58,318 bases of DNA from a virus (IMGVR_UViG_3300021373_000362:1-58318); one strand, 5' to 3'. Positions 35,599 to 45,867 are shown, counted from the first letter of the stretch. The notes: generated by a model not told the origin, from the sequence alone. A program made the numbers and translations.

Positions 35599-37433
35599 TA
35601 TCGTCTGCCATCAGATCGCATATCTATACGAGGAGAACCTAACTGCCAAGTTACTCCCACCTCACTAGATTCTACCTTTATAGCTAGCTGTCGTCCACGT
35701 ACACGAGTAAATACCTGCCCTGTAAACTGTTCTATTGGCAATGTAGCTGTACGTGTGATTCCTGCGCTGTTAGAGCCTCCTACAGAAGCTGGGTCATTAT
35801 ACCCCGAACCTGAGTTTTGTAGGGGAAGTAGAGTCATAGTGGCGCTAGGAGAACCTACTTCAGAGCCATCAAATGTAATATCGGGTAGTATACGCCATAT
35901 AAATGCAAATTTATGCCCATCTTCTAGATCAAACTGTGCGGAGGACACGTACGCAGGTATAGCCGCCGTGGTAGCAGTTTCGTTGTCGTCAACGCCTTGC
36001 TCGTGGTTAACCAAGTTATTACTGTATGTAGCAGCTAGCGGGTAATTTCTTAGTCCTGAATCAAGCCACGCAGTACGATTCATAGTGCCGTAGTACCATA
36101 CTTCTTCTAGGTAATTGTACACTACATATCTGTCTGACACGGTAGAGTCTTTAGAGCAGTACCACCACCATATCTCGTGGTAAGACTCGTTAGTCCCTGC
36201 AAATATCTGCTCATATTGCTCGTCGTTAAAATCGTTAAACACGAACTTACGTAAGTTGCACTGTAGGGGCTTAGTGCGTCCGTCGTACATATAGAATTTG
36301 TCTTTACCCATCCAATAAGCTACACCGTTAGCGTAGGCTACCGCGTTCTGAGAGGCTATAGAAATGTTCTCACCGACTAACTGTGCAGTCCATACTGCGG
36401 GAGCGCCAACGTACTGTAATGAGTATAAGGCAGAATCCGTCCACACTAGCACTTCTTGGCGGGCTTGTTTAGCAGCCACAATCATAGTGCCATTAGATAG
36501 GACAAGGTCGCCCGCTTGGTTAGTTGCCGCAGGTGACCAGTTAGTAGCATCTTCTTGGTCTGACCAACGGATTAGCATGGGGTTGACAGTAGCAGAAAAA
36601 ATCTCGTTAGCGCCGAAACAGAACACAAACCTGTTAATGTCAGACACTAAGATGAGCTTCTGTGACGTCGGTACTTCTGTACCTGTAAGAGCTACTGCTC
36701 TAGTGGTTAGCCCGTTCGTAGCATCCCAGATGTATATAGAGCCATCACGAGGCCCAAAGATGAGGTCTTCTCCAAAGTTAGCTTGGCTCCACAGGCGTAT
36801 AGAGTCGGTAGACGTAGCGCCGACCCCCCATGTGCCAGAACCCCAGCTACTCGCGCCCCAACCTACTAAGGGTACAACAAATGCAGGGCCGACATTAATT
36901 TGATACGCAGCCGTTACTGTGCCGCCACCTGTAGCATTTGAACTAGCATTAGTGCCTGCATCAATCGTATATACGTTAGCAGTAGTTGTTTCAGTTAGTT
37001 GGTACTCGGCATTCAGAGTAAGTCCGCCTACAGCACTTGCGCCACTAAACGTAACAAAATCCCCATCTATGTACCCGCCGTTAGCGTCAGTAACCTCTAC
37101 GATAGGAGACCCATTAGTAGTCTCAAACGGGTTAGTCAAAGTTACAGTAGCCCGTAAGGGTGTGATGTCGTTGTATGCCCCGCCGTTTTCGATGTAGAAC
37201 TTTAGGTTAGTACCTACGCCAATAAGGTTCTGACTACCAAGAGTAACCCAGTTCCACAAAGATCGGCATACACCTAAGAACGTAGTAGCAGATATACGCT
37301 GCCACCCACCGATTTTCTCCGGCGTACCTTGACGAAACCGTATTTTGTCGCAGTCATACCAACCACCTTCGCTAGTATATCGCGTGTTCTCGCGGTTAAT
37401 TCCTGCTTTTAATTGTAGTTTTTTGAGGGGCAT
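35598..37433 (-). CDS. Tail nozzle / packaged-DNA stabilisation protein (P22 gp10 / tubular B-like)
   Basis: GINRENT...W.DCDKIRFR.G.PEKIGGW; IRWSDQE; beta-propeller-like composition. Confidence 0.75.
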   Translation of the reverse strand: MPLKKLQLKAGINRENTRYTSEGGWYDCDKIRFRQGTPEKIGGWQRISATTFLGVCRSLWNWVTLGSQNLIGVGTNLKFYIENGGAYNDITPLRATVTLTNPFETTNGSPIVEVTDANGGYIDGDFVTFSGASAVGGLTLNAEYQLTETTTANVYTIDAGTNASSNATGGGTVTAAYQINVGPAFVVPLVGWGASSWGSGTWGVGATSTDSIRLWSQANFGEDLIFGPRDGSIYIWDATNGLTTRAVALTGTEVPTSQKLILVSDINRFVFCFGANEIFSATVNPMLIRWSDQEDATNWSPAATNQAGDLVLSNGTMIVAAKQARQEVLVWTDSALYSLQYVGAPAVWTAQLVGENISIASQNAVAYANGVAYWMGKDKFYMYDGRTKPLQCNLRKFVFNDFNDEQYEQIFAGTNESYHEIWWWYCSKDSTVSDRYVVYNYLEEVWYYGTMNRTAWLDSGLRNYPLAATYSNNLVNHEQGVDDNETATTAAIPAYVSSAQFDLEDGHKFAFIWRILPDITFDGSEVGSPSATMTLLPLQNSGSGYNDPASVGGSNSAGITRTATLPIEQFTGQVFTRVRGRQLAIKVESSEVGVTWQLGSPRIDMRSDGRR

Positions 37434-37443
37434 ATATCACCTG

Positions 37444-37794
37444 TTAGTAACACCAGCACATAGGCTCGGTTTTACGTATATCAACATGTACAAAAGTTTT
37501 AGCTACGCCTACAGACATGCCCATAGCTGATGCATGTTTTACTATTGTTAGGCGTTGTGCGCCGCCAGACACTTTAATATCTGCGGCAATGCCCTGTGCA
37601 TGAGTCCCTACTTTTTTACCTGCCGCAACTTTAGCCGCTTCTATACTGTGATTGGGTGACCTGTACCCAGAAGTAACTATGAACGGAAACCCGCAAGCGT
37701 CGCGTAAATGATCTATAGCCTTTAGAAACTCAGGATTCATTTCGTTTTCGCCGGTTTCTTGGCAGTCAAAATCTTCTATACTAAAGTATTTCAT
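37444..37794 (-). CDS. Peptidase M15A family endolysin
   Basis: VTSGYRS...H...AADI...FVHVD. Confidence 0.88.
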   Translation of the reverse strand: MKYFSIEDFDCQETGENEMNPEFLKAIDHLRDACGFPFIVTSGYRSPNHSIEAAKVAAGKKVGTHAQGIAADIKVSGGAQRLTIVKHASAMGMSVGVAKTFVHVDIRKTEPMCWCY

Positions 37795-38225
37795 ATAACT
37801 CCAAAAATCTTAAAGCCTATATATAGGGCTACGGGTAGGATAACAAGTATACCTGTACCCCATAATAACACAGTAAAGAAGAGTGCTATGTTATCTGCTT
37901 TCTTTTTCTTTCGTATTCGCTCTTCTTTTTCTCTTTGGCGTTTACAGTCTGACTGGTACTGCAACCAATCGCTATACATGTCAGGGCGACCCGCATATAT
38001 CATATGCTCTCTAAGCCATTCTTCTTGTTCTCTGAGCTTCTCTAACTGCATGAAGCATTCTAACTCTGACTTATTTCCTGCCTTATTAGCTTTTTTTGCT
38101 ATAGTAGACTTGTTATCAAAGTACTGTGTTGCGGAACTCGCAACGTCATATATCTCCTTACCATTAGTAAGCGCAGTCTTAATAACCTGAAATGCCGCAT
38201 TAGCTGCCGCTACTTCGGCTAGCAT
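37791..38225 (-). CDS. Membrane protein (144 aa), lysis cluster
   Basis: C-terminal TM segment. Confidence 0.7.
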   Translation of the reverse strand: MLAEVAAANAAFQVIKTALTNGKEIYDVASSATQYFDNKSTIAKKANKAGNKSELECFMQLEKLREQEEWLREHMIYAGRPDMYSDWLQYQSDCKRQREKEERIRKKKKADNIALFFTVLLWGTGILVILPVALYIGFKIFGVI

Positions 38226-38608
38226 TATCGTTCCCTTTGGACGCCTTTCGCCTTTTCATAGCTTCTCATTGCACCCATCCCTAGCATCCCCATTAGAACG
38301 GGTGTTAGCAGCGAAGGGTCAACCTCTGGAACATCAAGCCAAATCCCTAATATCTGAGAAATGATTACATTATACGCTAGACCGATTCCGGCTACCCAGC
38401 CGACAAAAGGTCTCCATCCAGCCACAAATAATGACTTGTGAGCTGCCTCAACCTTGTTTACCTCTAGCTGTGCCAATGCACTTTCATGCGCCTGTTTTTC
38501 TGCAAGAGTCGCAATTTCATGCGCCAAAGCATTCTTTGCATCCTTATCTTCTACGAATTTATCCAGTAGTCCTGTAACGGGGCCAATAAGGGATGCAACT
38601 ATACTCAT
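38225..38608 (-). CDS. Holin (3TM / GTA-type family)
   Basis: SLFVAGWRPFVGW...LMGMLGMGAMRSYEK. Confidence 0.8.
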   Translation of the reverse strand: MSIVASLIGPVTGLLDKFVEDKDAKNALAHEIATLAEKQAHESALAQLEVNKVEAAHKSLFVAGWRPFVGWVAGIGLAYNVIISQILGIWLDVPEVDPSLLTPVLMGMLGMGAMRSYEKAKGVQRER

Positions 38609-38790
38609 TGTAAAAATCTCTCAAGTAATGGTGAAGCTAAAACTAACGGGTAAAGAATCCACAAACGCATGTCTAACTTATCAAATTTTTTGTTTCCCGC
38701 GTCGAGCTGTTTTTCGATATTTTTATACCGTATAAGGCATTCTTTTTCGTGAGCTTCTAAACGAGTTATAGCTTCTTTAACCGTTGCCAT
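38605..38790 (-). CDS. Small protein (61 aa), coiled coil + TM
   Basis: HEKECLIRY...hydrophobic tail. Confidence 0.7.
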   Translation of the reverse strand: MATVKEAITRLEAHEKECLIRYKNIEKQLDAGNKKFDKLDMRLWILYPLVLASPLLERFLQ

Positions 38791-38791
38791 T

Positions 38792-39013
38792 TTACTCTTC
38801 CTCTGCCTCTTTTACGTTCTCAAGGCTAGAGACTAACATGTCAACGAAAGCATTTTTGCCAACATTAAGCTGATCTAAATTAAACTGCGTAGAGCCTATC
38901 TTGCGATCTAGGTCGTTGCAGTGACTTACCATGACCTGCTGCTGCTCGGTCATGTCTTCTAAAATATATTCTTTATCGTTTATCGATACGGGAGTTGTTT
39001 TTTTCTCACCCAT
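38792..39013 (-). CDS. Hypothetical protein (73 aa)
   Basis: AAGGA RBS; operon context. Confidence 0.75.
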   Translation of the reverse strand: MGEKKTTPVSINDKEYILEDMTEQQQVMVSHCNDLDRKIGSTQFNLDQLNVGKNAFVDMLVSSLENVKEAEEE

Positions 39014-39041
39014 TACAATGTCCTTTTAAAAAATTAAGAGT

Positions 39042-39359
39042 TTACCAAGGCACTCCAGTGGTAATCGCGGGAGCCTTGCTGTCTGCAATCTGTGAAGCAA
39101 TGCTTGCCTCAATAGCGTCAGCGTCTACGTCAGCCTTTACCCATCCAATGACCTGAGCCTCTGTGATGTCAGCGTAGGCTGTGTAGCCATCAGCATCTGC
39201 GTCAGGGGTAAAGCCGCAAGTGCCGTATGAGCTACCTGAGTGAGTTACAGCGTCATCGCCAGTGCCTACTACTTCGCTGTCTGATGCACGCCAATGAGCT
39301 ACTACAACACCGTCATCAGTGTTGCGTTCTAGGGTTGAGATTGTCCAAGTTACTGCCAT
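39042..39359 (-). CDS. Tail-fibre-associated protein (105 aa)
   Basis: Follows the fibre gene; VHW-type motif, ITEAQVIGWV, C-terminal GVPW. Confidence 0.7.
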   Translation of the reverse strand: MAVTWTISTLERNTDDGVVVAHWRASDSEVVGTGDDAVTHSGSSYGTCGFTPDADADGYTAYADITEAQVIGWVKADVDADAIEASIASQIADSKAPAITTGVPW

Positions 39360-39363
39360 TGTT

Positions 39364-42300
39364 TTATTCCTCTAGTGCCGCTATGCGGGCTGTTAGTGAT
39401 TCAATTAGGGTTTGTTGCTCTTGGATGGCTTTAAGCAAAATTAAAGGAATAACACCATACTTAATACCTTTGTAAGTAGAGCCTTCTACTTTTACATCTC
39501 CGACAGTTTTACCTGTTGGAATTTCATCTTCTTCAGTGAAAAGCACCTCATCACCAACTGAGTTTTTATCTTCTGTCACTAAAGAAGGAAAGATATCTTC
39601 TACTTCTTGAGCAATTAAACCTAACTCAGTTTCGCTGTCGGGGTCATTTTTCCATTTATATTTTACAACTCTTAATTGTTTTATATCGTCAAGATATCCA
39701 TCTCTTGTAGTTTCAATGTCTCGTTTAAGATTTATGTCAGATGACCAAGTAGATGTCCCATTACCAAGTAACTTCCATGAGTTTACGTTTTGAGTTGTAC
39801 CTTGATAATGAACGCAGTTTGCGTTATTAGAGGTAGAAGTTAGTGAAGACATAAAATTAATTATGCCGCTTCCGTTACCTGATGCACTAGTAGCTTGTAT
39901 CAGAGTCCCTGCATCCCCTCTCTGTGCGGCTATAGTTCTTATATTAGCCGCGCCTGACAGGTAGAGGTCTTTGAAGCGAGCGTTAGAAGCACCCAAGTCA
40001 GTAGTGTTGTCGCTCAGGCCACCGTCACTGTTTTTAACAGGCAGTACAGCCTTAGATGATGCGGCAAATCTTAATGATGCGTGGTTGTCATCAAGGCCAC
40101 CAATGTGTATGTCGTTTGATACTGTGCCAATAGACCCTACGGTTGTGCCGTCTTTCTGGTAAATCGCAATATCACCATCGTTACTTTTGCGATTAAGTAT
40201 CTGCACAGTTGATGCGTTTACTGTGTGGACTGCCCGACCATAATCAAGTAACTCATGCCCCGCTGTAGAAACGCTAGAAGCAGTCTTACCCACCAACAGG
40301 TTGCCGCTCGAATCCAACCTAGCCCTCTCCGTAATTCCACCAGAGGAAGGCGCAGTGTAAAACGCAAGATGAGCATCAGAGGTATTTGAAGCCCTAATGC
40401 TCTGTATTCTTGATACAGATGTTGTGCCGTCATAAAAGTTTACGAGACCGTGAATCTGGCCGTTGGACGAAGTGCCGTAGTTACCTAGCTGTAGTGTTGA
40501 GTAATCAGTGCTTCCTGCGCCTTTAAGTGCAAGCGTTGTCCTGCCGCTACCAAAGTCCTGCATAACGGCAGTACCACCTACGATTGCGTTGCCTGACAGG
40601 TAGAGGTTTTTGAAGCGTGTACCAGAAGCACCTAAGTCTATAGCGGCATCACGACCGCCATTTGTTGAGGTGTTATGCGGTAGGATATTATCATTAGCAT
40701 TGTTAAATTCTAAACCTGTATCTGCGGAGCCAATAGATAGTTGACTAGCCCTAGTACCAATAGACCCTACGGTTGAGCCATCCTTACGAAACTCAAGGAT
40801 AGAACCATCATTATCTTCTTTATTAAAGTAAACAACTGCGTTTGCTGATGAACGAGTAAAAAAGGATTTACCATCTGCAAACAGCTCAACACCTGCTGTT
40901 GTAAGGCTAGAAGAACTCTTACCCACCAACAGGTTGCCAGAGGAGTCGATGCGCATGCGTTCTGTAAATGAAGAACCTGTTGTAAATACAAGGCCGTCAG
41001 AAGTCGCTACATTAATTGCACCTCTGACTGCTGATGCGTCTTTTAACTGCAAATAAGCCCCACCAGACTTTGTGAAGATAGCATTACCGCCACCGTCAAT
41101 ACGCATATGCTCTGTAGTGCCTACTTGAAACGCATGATACCCAGAGTTTGCGCTATTGTAGTACACGCCCCCTGCCGCACCAGAACCAGAGATAACTCCT
41201 AAGTCCAGTGTTTGGTTTGTGTTATTAGTGAAACGACCAACAATGCCTGATGAAGCGTTAGTAACCGTAAACTTTTCTAAACTGCTAGTTATCCCTATGC
41301 CCACGTTTCCAGAGGAGTCGATGCGCATGCGTTCTGAGTTATTTACAGTGAAACGCATACTGTCGTCAGTGTGGTTATAATCTAAAATGCCAATGTTACT
41401 GTCGTCAGGGTCGGCAAACATGATGCGGCTGTTTTCCGTGTTTTGAGCAGTAAGTGCTAAAACGGCTTGCCCATTCGTACCGTCATCATATATTTCTAGT
41501 TGTCTGCTTGGCGATGTAGTGCCTATGCCCACGCGATTGTTTGTTGAGTTAACGTAAAGGGTGTTGGTGTCTACAGTTAAGCCAGTGGCGGTCAGCGTAG
41601 TAAACGCGCCTGTGGATGCAGAGGATGCGCCAATGGCTGTGCCGTCAATAGAACCTGCGTTGATGTCTGCCGTGGGGATTGTCACCGTACCAGTAAACGT
41701 AGGTGAAGCTATAGGTGATTTAGCATCTAGTTGTGTTTGAACATTGCTTGTAACGCCATCGACATAGTTAAGTTCAGCAGTAGTAGCTGTAACACCGTCT
41801 AATATATTTAATTCAGCGGCTGTGCTTGTAACTGTTGTACCGTTAATTGAAAGTGCATCAGTTTCTAAAGTACCATCTACGTCAACATCGCCGCTGATGT
41901 CTAAACTAGCCGCAATGATCTCCCCGCTTGCGTTGATAGCGCCGTTAATATCAATAGTGGTCGCAGCAATCTGAATCTCAGTATCTGCAACAAGGTCAAG
42001 CTGTCCGTCTGCGCTAGAGTTTATGTAGATTGCTGAGTCGCGGAACTGGACTTTTTGTGCGGAAGTTACTTCTATGTTAGTTGAACCAGTAGTATTACCC
42101 TGAGCTAAAACCTCAGCAAGCGTGTCGAAAGAGCCTACTTGAGCATCTACATACGCCTTAATAGACTGCTGTGTAGCTAGAGATGTGGCGCTATTTGACG
42201 CCATGTTGTCTTCGTCAAGTACCGCTGTAACAGTAGTGCTAGTACCTAACTGTAAAGAAGTAGTGCTAGTTACCGCTTCGACTACATTAGTTCCGTCACA

Positions 42301-42675
42301 GAACAAAAACATAGTGCGTCCATTAGGGACAAGGATTCCGGTACCACTAGCGGTTTTTAATGTTACGTTTTGCCCTGCGGCGTTTTTAGCTATGTATATC
42401 TTAGATAAGGCTGGGCATACAACTGTACCCGCACCAGACAACTGAGTCCCTGTGTCTGTAAACTCTAGCATTGCACACCTAGATTCGGAGGTAGTGCCAT
42501 TTGCTGTAGTTAGTGTATGAGAGTTACTAGACCACGAGTTAATTACCGCACGGCCTGCTATAGCCTGCTCTACCATAGAGGTTATATTGTCATTTACTAC
42601 ATCCCCCCAAGTACCGCTGAGTTCGCCTTGAACTGGGAGAGCAAGTTTTAGTATCGAAGTATATTGCGTTGTCAT
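39364..42675 (-). CDS. Tail fibre with C-terminal intramolecular chaperone (peptidase S74)
   Basis: ERMRIDSSGN repeats; SDINLKRDI...LGLIAQEVE...LLKAIQE coiled coil. Confidence 0.88.
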   Translation of the reverse strand: MTTQYTSILKLALPVQGELSGTWGDVVNDNITSMVEQAIAGRAVINSWSSNSHTLTTANGTTSESRCAMLEFTDTGTQLSGAGTVVCPALSKIYIAKNAAGQNVTLKTASGTGILVPNGRTMFLFCDGTNVVEAVTSTTSLQLGTSTTVTAVLDEDNMASNSATSLATQQSIKAYVDAQVGSFDTLAEVLAQGNTTGSTNIEVTSAQKVQFRDSAIYINSSADGQLDLVADTEIQIAATTIDINGAINASGEIIAASLDISGDVDVDGTLETDALSINGTTVTSTAAELNILDGVTATTAELNYVDGVTSNVQTQLDAKSPIASPTFTGTVTIPTADINAGSIDGTAIGASSASTGAFTTLTATGLTVDTNTLYVNSTNNRVGIGTTSPSRQLEIYDDGTNGQAVLALTAQNTENSRIMFADPDDSNIGILDYNHTDDSMRFTVNNSERMRIDSSGNVGIGITSSLEKFTVTNASSGIVGRFTNNTNQTLDLGVISGSGAAGGVYYNSANSGYHAFQVGTTEHMRIDGGGNAIFTKSGGAYLQLKDASAVRGAINVATSDGLVFTTGSSFTERMRIDSSGNLLVGKSSSSLTTAGVELFADGKSFFTRSSANAVVYFNKEDNDGSILEFRKDGSTVGSIGTRASQLSIGSADTGLEFNNANDNILPHNTSTNGGRDAAIDLGASGTRFKNLYLSGNAIVGGTAVMQDFGSGRTTLALKGAGSTDYSTLQLGNYGTSSNGQIHGLVNFYDGTTSVSRIQSIRASNTSDAHLAFYTAPSSGGITERARLDSSGNLLVGKTASSVSTAGHELLDYGRAVHTVNASTVQILNRKSNDGDIAIYQKDGTTVGSIGTVSNDIHIGGLDDNHASLRFAASSKAVLPVKNSDGGLSDNTTDLGASNARFKDLYLSGAANIRTIAAQRGDAGTLIQATSASGNGSGIINFMSSLTSTSNNANCVHYQGTTQNVNSWKLLGNGTSTWSSDINLKRDIETTRDGYLDDIKQLRVVKYKWKNDPDSETELGLIAQEVEDIFPSLVTEDKNSVGDEVLFTEEDEIPTGKTVGDVKVEGSTYKGIKYGVIPLILLKAIQEQQTLIESLTARIAALEE

Positions 42676-42685
42676 TTATCTGGCC

Positions 42686-43528
42686 TCATGCGGCTATATT
42701 GTCCCAATTCGGGGCTTGTGTGTTTGTTACGTCGCTCCATGTAGGAGTCTGACTATCGTTTATAGCTTGCCAATTCGGGGCTTGTGTGTTTGTTACGTCG
42801 CTCCATGTAGGAGTCTGACTATCGTTTATGGCTTGCCAATTCGGGGTTTGGTTGTCATCAACCTCTCCCCATACATTTACTATCCCTGCATATCCTATCG
42901 CAGATACCCCAATTATGGAAATATCTGCTTTTGCATTTGTTGTAACTGTACCTAATTCAATGTTAGCTTCTACCCCCGTGGGGTGTACAGTTATGCCAAA
43001 TACTACATTAACTGCGCCTATAGCTCCATCGGCTTCTACACCTACTACCGGAATATTTGCTTTCGCGTCTGTTGTAACTGTACCAACGGATATCTCCGCT
43101 GCTATGCCTGTTACTGGGGCGTTCGCTTCTGCATCTGTTGTAACTGTACCAACGGGTATTTCCGCTGCTACTCCGGCCACTATTAGGTTTGCTACACCCG
43201 TTGCAGTTAATGTACCTACAGCTCCATCGGCCTCTACACCTGTTGCTGTTACACCGGCTTCAGCATCTACACTAACTGCCCCAACTGCGGCGGCCCCAGC
43301 AACGCTGGTAACCATTACATCTGACTCAGCGTCAATAGTAGCTGTGCCAATACCTCCAGCAGCGGCTATCCCAGTTACAGGAGTATTTGCTTCAGCGTCA
43401 ACCGTTTCAACGCCAATAACTCCTTCTGCGGCAATTCCGTCAACCGATACTATAGTTAGGTCGGTGCCCCAAGCCGTTTGGCCCCACGCACCGTTGCCCC
43501 AACCTACGTATTCAACAGAAGACGGCAT
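42686..43528 (-). CDS. Virion protein with Val/Gly/Thr beta repeats (280 aa)
   Basis: GWGNGAWG N-terminus; about 20-aa repeats; Trp-containing C-terminal repeats. Confidence 0.7.
   Translation of the reverse strand: MPSSVEYVGWGNGAWGQTAWGTDLTIVSVDGIAAEGVIGVETVDAEANTPVTGIAAAGGIGTATIDAESDVMVTSVAGAAAVGAVSVDAEAGVTATGVEADGAVGTLTATGVANLIVAGVAAEIPVGTVTTDAEANAPVTGIAAEISVGTVTTDAKANIPVVGVEADGAIGAVNVVFGITVHPTGVEANIELGTVTTNAKADISIIGVSAIGYAGIVNVWGEVDDNQTPNWQAINDSQTPTWSDVTNTQAPNWQAINDSQTPTWSDVTNTQAPNWDNIAA
42704..42846. repeat. 66-bp coding tandem repeat, about 2.2 copies
   Basis: Units start at 42704, 42770, 42836; encodes QAPNWQAINDSQTPTWSDVTNT. Confidence 0.92.
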
Positions 43529-43537
43529 CTAACTACC

Positions 43538-43975
43538 TTATGGAGTAGCGATACGTACGATGGCGTTTGTAGCGTCTGCTGCGGGGAACTGTACAGTAAA
43601 GTCACCGGCTGTAGAGGTTTTATCTCCGCCAAAGTCTAATACCGCAACCGCTGGATTGCTGCCACCTGACTTGTATATGAGAGCGCCACGAGCGGTTATA
43701 GTAGCGTCAGTCCACGTAGTATCTGCAAAATCTAAAAATGCCGTAGTCCCAGATGACGCAGGAGCAGCGGAAATAGTAAGTGTATTTCCTCCCGCAGTAT
43801 AGTTTGTACCCGACACTTCGTTATTAGTAGAGTACGCAGTAGTAGCGGCACTTAAAGTAGCACTAGACGTGTACAGCGCGATTTTAAAAGTTTGTGATGT
43901 GTCACTACTAAAATCCATCTCTCCATCTAACAGAGCGACTTTAAAAGAAGTACACATTGCTTGTGTTATTGCCAT
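43538..43975 (-). CDS. Virion structural protein (145 aa)
   Basis: MCTSFK...FKIALYT...YTAGG...ARGALIY...VLDFG. Confidence 0.7.
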   Translation of the reverse strand: MAITQAMCTSFKVALLDGEMDFSSDTSQTFKIALYTSSATLSAATTAYSTNNEVSGTNYTAGGNTLTISAAPASSGTTAFLDFADTTWTDATITARGALIYKSGGSNPAVAVLDFGGDKTSTAGDFTVQFPAADATNAIVRIATP

Positions 43976-43986
43976 TTTTTAGTTCC

Positions 43987-44616
43987 TTAACTAACTGATG
44001 TTCTGAATTGCCCAGAACGATATGTATCTTCACGTAACTTACCGTCACCAAGATTCTTTAACTGTTGCATAGCTAGCAAGTACATATTAGTGTAATTAGC
44101 TATGATGTCTTCCTCGCCTTTCATAAACCTTATTGCCTCTACCAACGCGCCGTTTAATAGCGCAGAGTCAAACTCTTCTCCCAACCACGTAGTACCCGCT
44201 GTAACTATAGACTGAGGGTAGTACCCGTAATGAAGTTCCACAGCGTACGCCGCACTAGGCACTGGGCCTACTATAAAAGAGTCATCGTCAAAATATGCGT
44301 AGTGCTTGGGTAATCCCGTACTTGTAGTATTGGGGTATGCTTCACGCATAAAATTAACGTCTTTATTAAGCAAAAAGGTGTAATTACCACTGCCGTCTAC
44401 TACAGCCAAAGAATAAGACCAAAGGAAGTCAGTGGGAGTGCTTAGGTATTGATTACCGCTAGTTAGTGTACCAGTGACATTTTTACGCAATGCGGGTATC
44501 TGAACTGAGTTATATATTTTCTGCTCTGCCTGTTGCGTAAACATAGCGAGTTGATCATCTGTAAATGAGTTTTCACAAATGTCTTGTATATTAGCTTTCA
44601 GTTCGGTGTAATTCAT
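43987..44616 (-). CDS. Putative head-tail adaptor / tail protein (209 aa)
   Basis: MNYTEL...AEQKI...GLPKHYA...LLNGALVEA. Confidence 0.65.
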   Translation of the reverse strand: MNYTELKANIQDICENSFTDDQLAMFTQQAEQKIYNSVQIPALRKNVTGTLTSGNQYLSTPTDFLWSYSLAVVDGSGNYTFLLNKDVNFMREAYPNTTSTGLPKHYAYFDDDSFIVGPVPSAAYAVELHYGYYPQSIVTAGTTWLGEEFDSALLNGALVEAIRFMKGEEDIIANYTNMYLLAMQQLKNLGDGKLREDTYRSGQFRTSVS

Positions 44617-44619
44617 ATT

Positions 44620-44799
44620 TTACGCCATTGGGCCGCGTGCGTACAAACCTTTAGTCGCGCAGCCTGTGCCACGAACCTTAACCTTACCACCTTCTTTATA
44701 AGCGTTGGTCATCTTCTTACCCGTCTTTTTAGCTTCTTTCTTAGCGGCTGCTTTGCCTGCATCTGTGTATGCAAACTCTTTGTTTCCTACTTTTGGCAT
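44620..44799 (-). CDS. Small basic protein (59 aa), not in the ORF track
   Basis: MPKVGNKEF...AYKEGGKVKVRGTGCATKGLYARGPMA; AGGAG RBS. Confidence 0.8.
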   Translation of the reverse strand: MPKVGNKEFAYTDAGKAAAKKEAKKTGKKMTNAYKEGGKVKVRGTGCATKGLYARGPMA

Positions 44800-44809
44800 T
44801 TTAATGCTC

Positions 44810-45175
44810 CTATGAGGTAGTTACAGTAACTTGCCCTATACTACCATTTATTAACAATGCATTGGGAGTTAATCCAAAAGGATCAGTCCCACCACCTACG
44901 GGGTTCCACCCCCACTGTATATCTCTACTACTAGTGCTTCCTGAGTACCCTAGACTTTGATCTGGTCTGGGATCACGTAACGCTTGTGGGTCATGTACAG
45001 GAAACTCTCCTAACATATTCTGGGGCTGGTCTGGATTCCAACATTCAGGGCACGCCTTTAAGTTAGTATCTCTACCCTTTACTACTAGATTTTTTAGTTC
45101 TTTTAGCTTGTACTGAAACCCGCATACATCGCATAGAGCGATGGCTTTATTAGCGGAAGCAAACTGCGTACCCAT
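44810..45175 (-). CDS. Zn-ribbon protein (121 aa)
   Basis: CDVCG...CPECW...PQ...DPQAL.DPRPD. Confidence 0.75.
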   Translation of the reverse strand: MGTQFASANKAIALCDVCGFQYKLKELKNLVVKGRDTNLKACPECWNPDQPQNMLGEFPVHDPQALRDPRPDQSLGYSGSTSSRDIQWGWNPVGGGTDPFGLTPNALLINGSIGQVTVTTS

Positions 45176-45177
45176 AT

Positions 45178-45867
45178 TTATACGTACCCTATACGAGGGG
45201 TAAACCTAGCCGAGGTTTTTTCTCTGTCTTCTCCTGCGGCCATATTAAACTGTTCGTCATACACAGCCTTTAGCATAGGCACTCTTTCTGCCATCTCCGG
45301 CAACTTCATGGCTATGTAGTAAGCTAGCCCCGCCACTAGACACGGGAAAAATCTAAAGTTCATGTCCGCAGTTTCTACCCCACTACCCGCATCCTGTATA
45401 CGACGCATACGCCAATAGTACAGTACATAGTCGCTAGTATCCGGTATAGGCCATACGTTTACTTTGGGAGCATCACGTAAACGCTCAATGTATAACTGTA
45501 TTGGCCTACCTTGTGTTAACTTGTTAGGGATAGAAGCGTACGTACTTACACTAATTCGGCTTATAGAGAGATCAGTCTGTGTGGCCGCATTTCCGCTACC
45601 CGTGCGTATCTGGTGTTCTAACAAATCAATAGTATCTGCGGGTAAGTCATATGGGGTAGTCTGCCCTTTAACTAGGTTAATAGTACCTTCGTCAATAGTC
45701 CACATGTTAATGCCACGATTCTGCCACTCGATAGTCAGCAAGTTCATAGACCGCCGTGCAGTGCGTAGGTCGTACCCAGAACGCATTTCTCGTCCCGCAC
45801 GTTCAAACGCCTCTTCAGCGATCTCAGTGAAGTCCATATTAAATGCTGTAGTGCCTGATGTAGCCAT
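45178..45867 (-). CDS. Head-tail connector / tail tubular A-like protein (229 aa)
   Basis: EEAFER.G...ARRSMNLL..EWQNRG...GRP...WP.PD. Confidence 0.7.
   Translation of the reverse strand: MATSGTTAFNMDFTEIAEEAFERAGREMRSGYDLRTARRSMNLLTIEWQNRGINMWTIDEGTINLVKGQTTPYDLPADTIDLLEHQIRTGSGNAATQTDLSISRISVSTYASIPNKLTQGRPIQLYIERLRDAPKVNVWPIPDTSDYVLYYWRMRRIQDAGSGVETADMNFRFFPCLVAGLAYYIAMKLPEMAERVPMLKAVYDEQFNMAAGEDREKTSARFTPRIGYV

Noticed and set aside
39364-42675. Diversity-generating retroelement or invertase shufflon acting on the tail fibre
   Set aside because: No reverse transcriptase or invertase, repeats are direct and in frame, and there is no adenine-specific mismatch pattern
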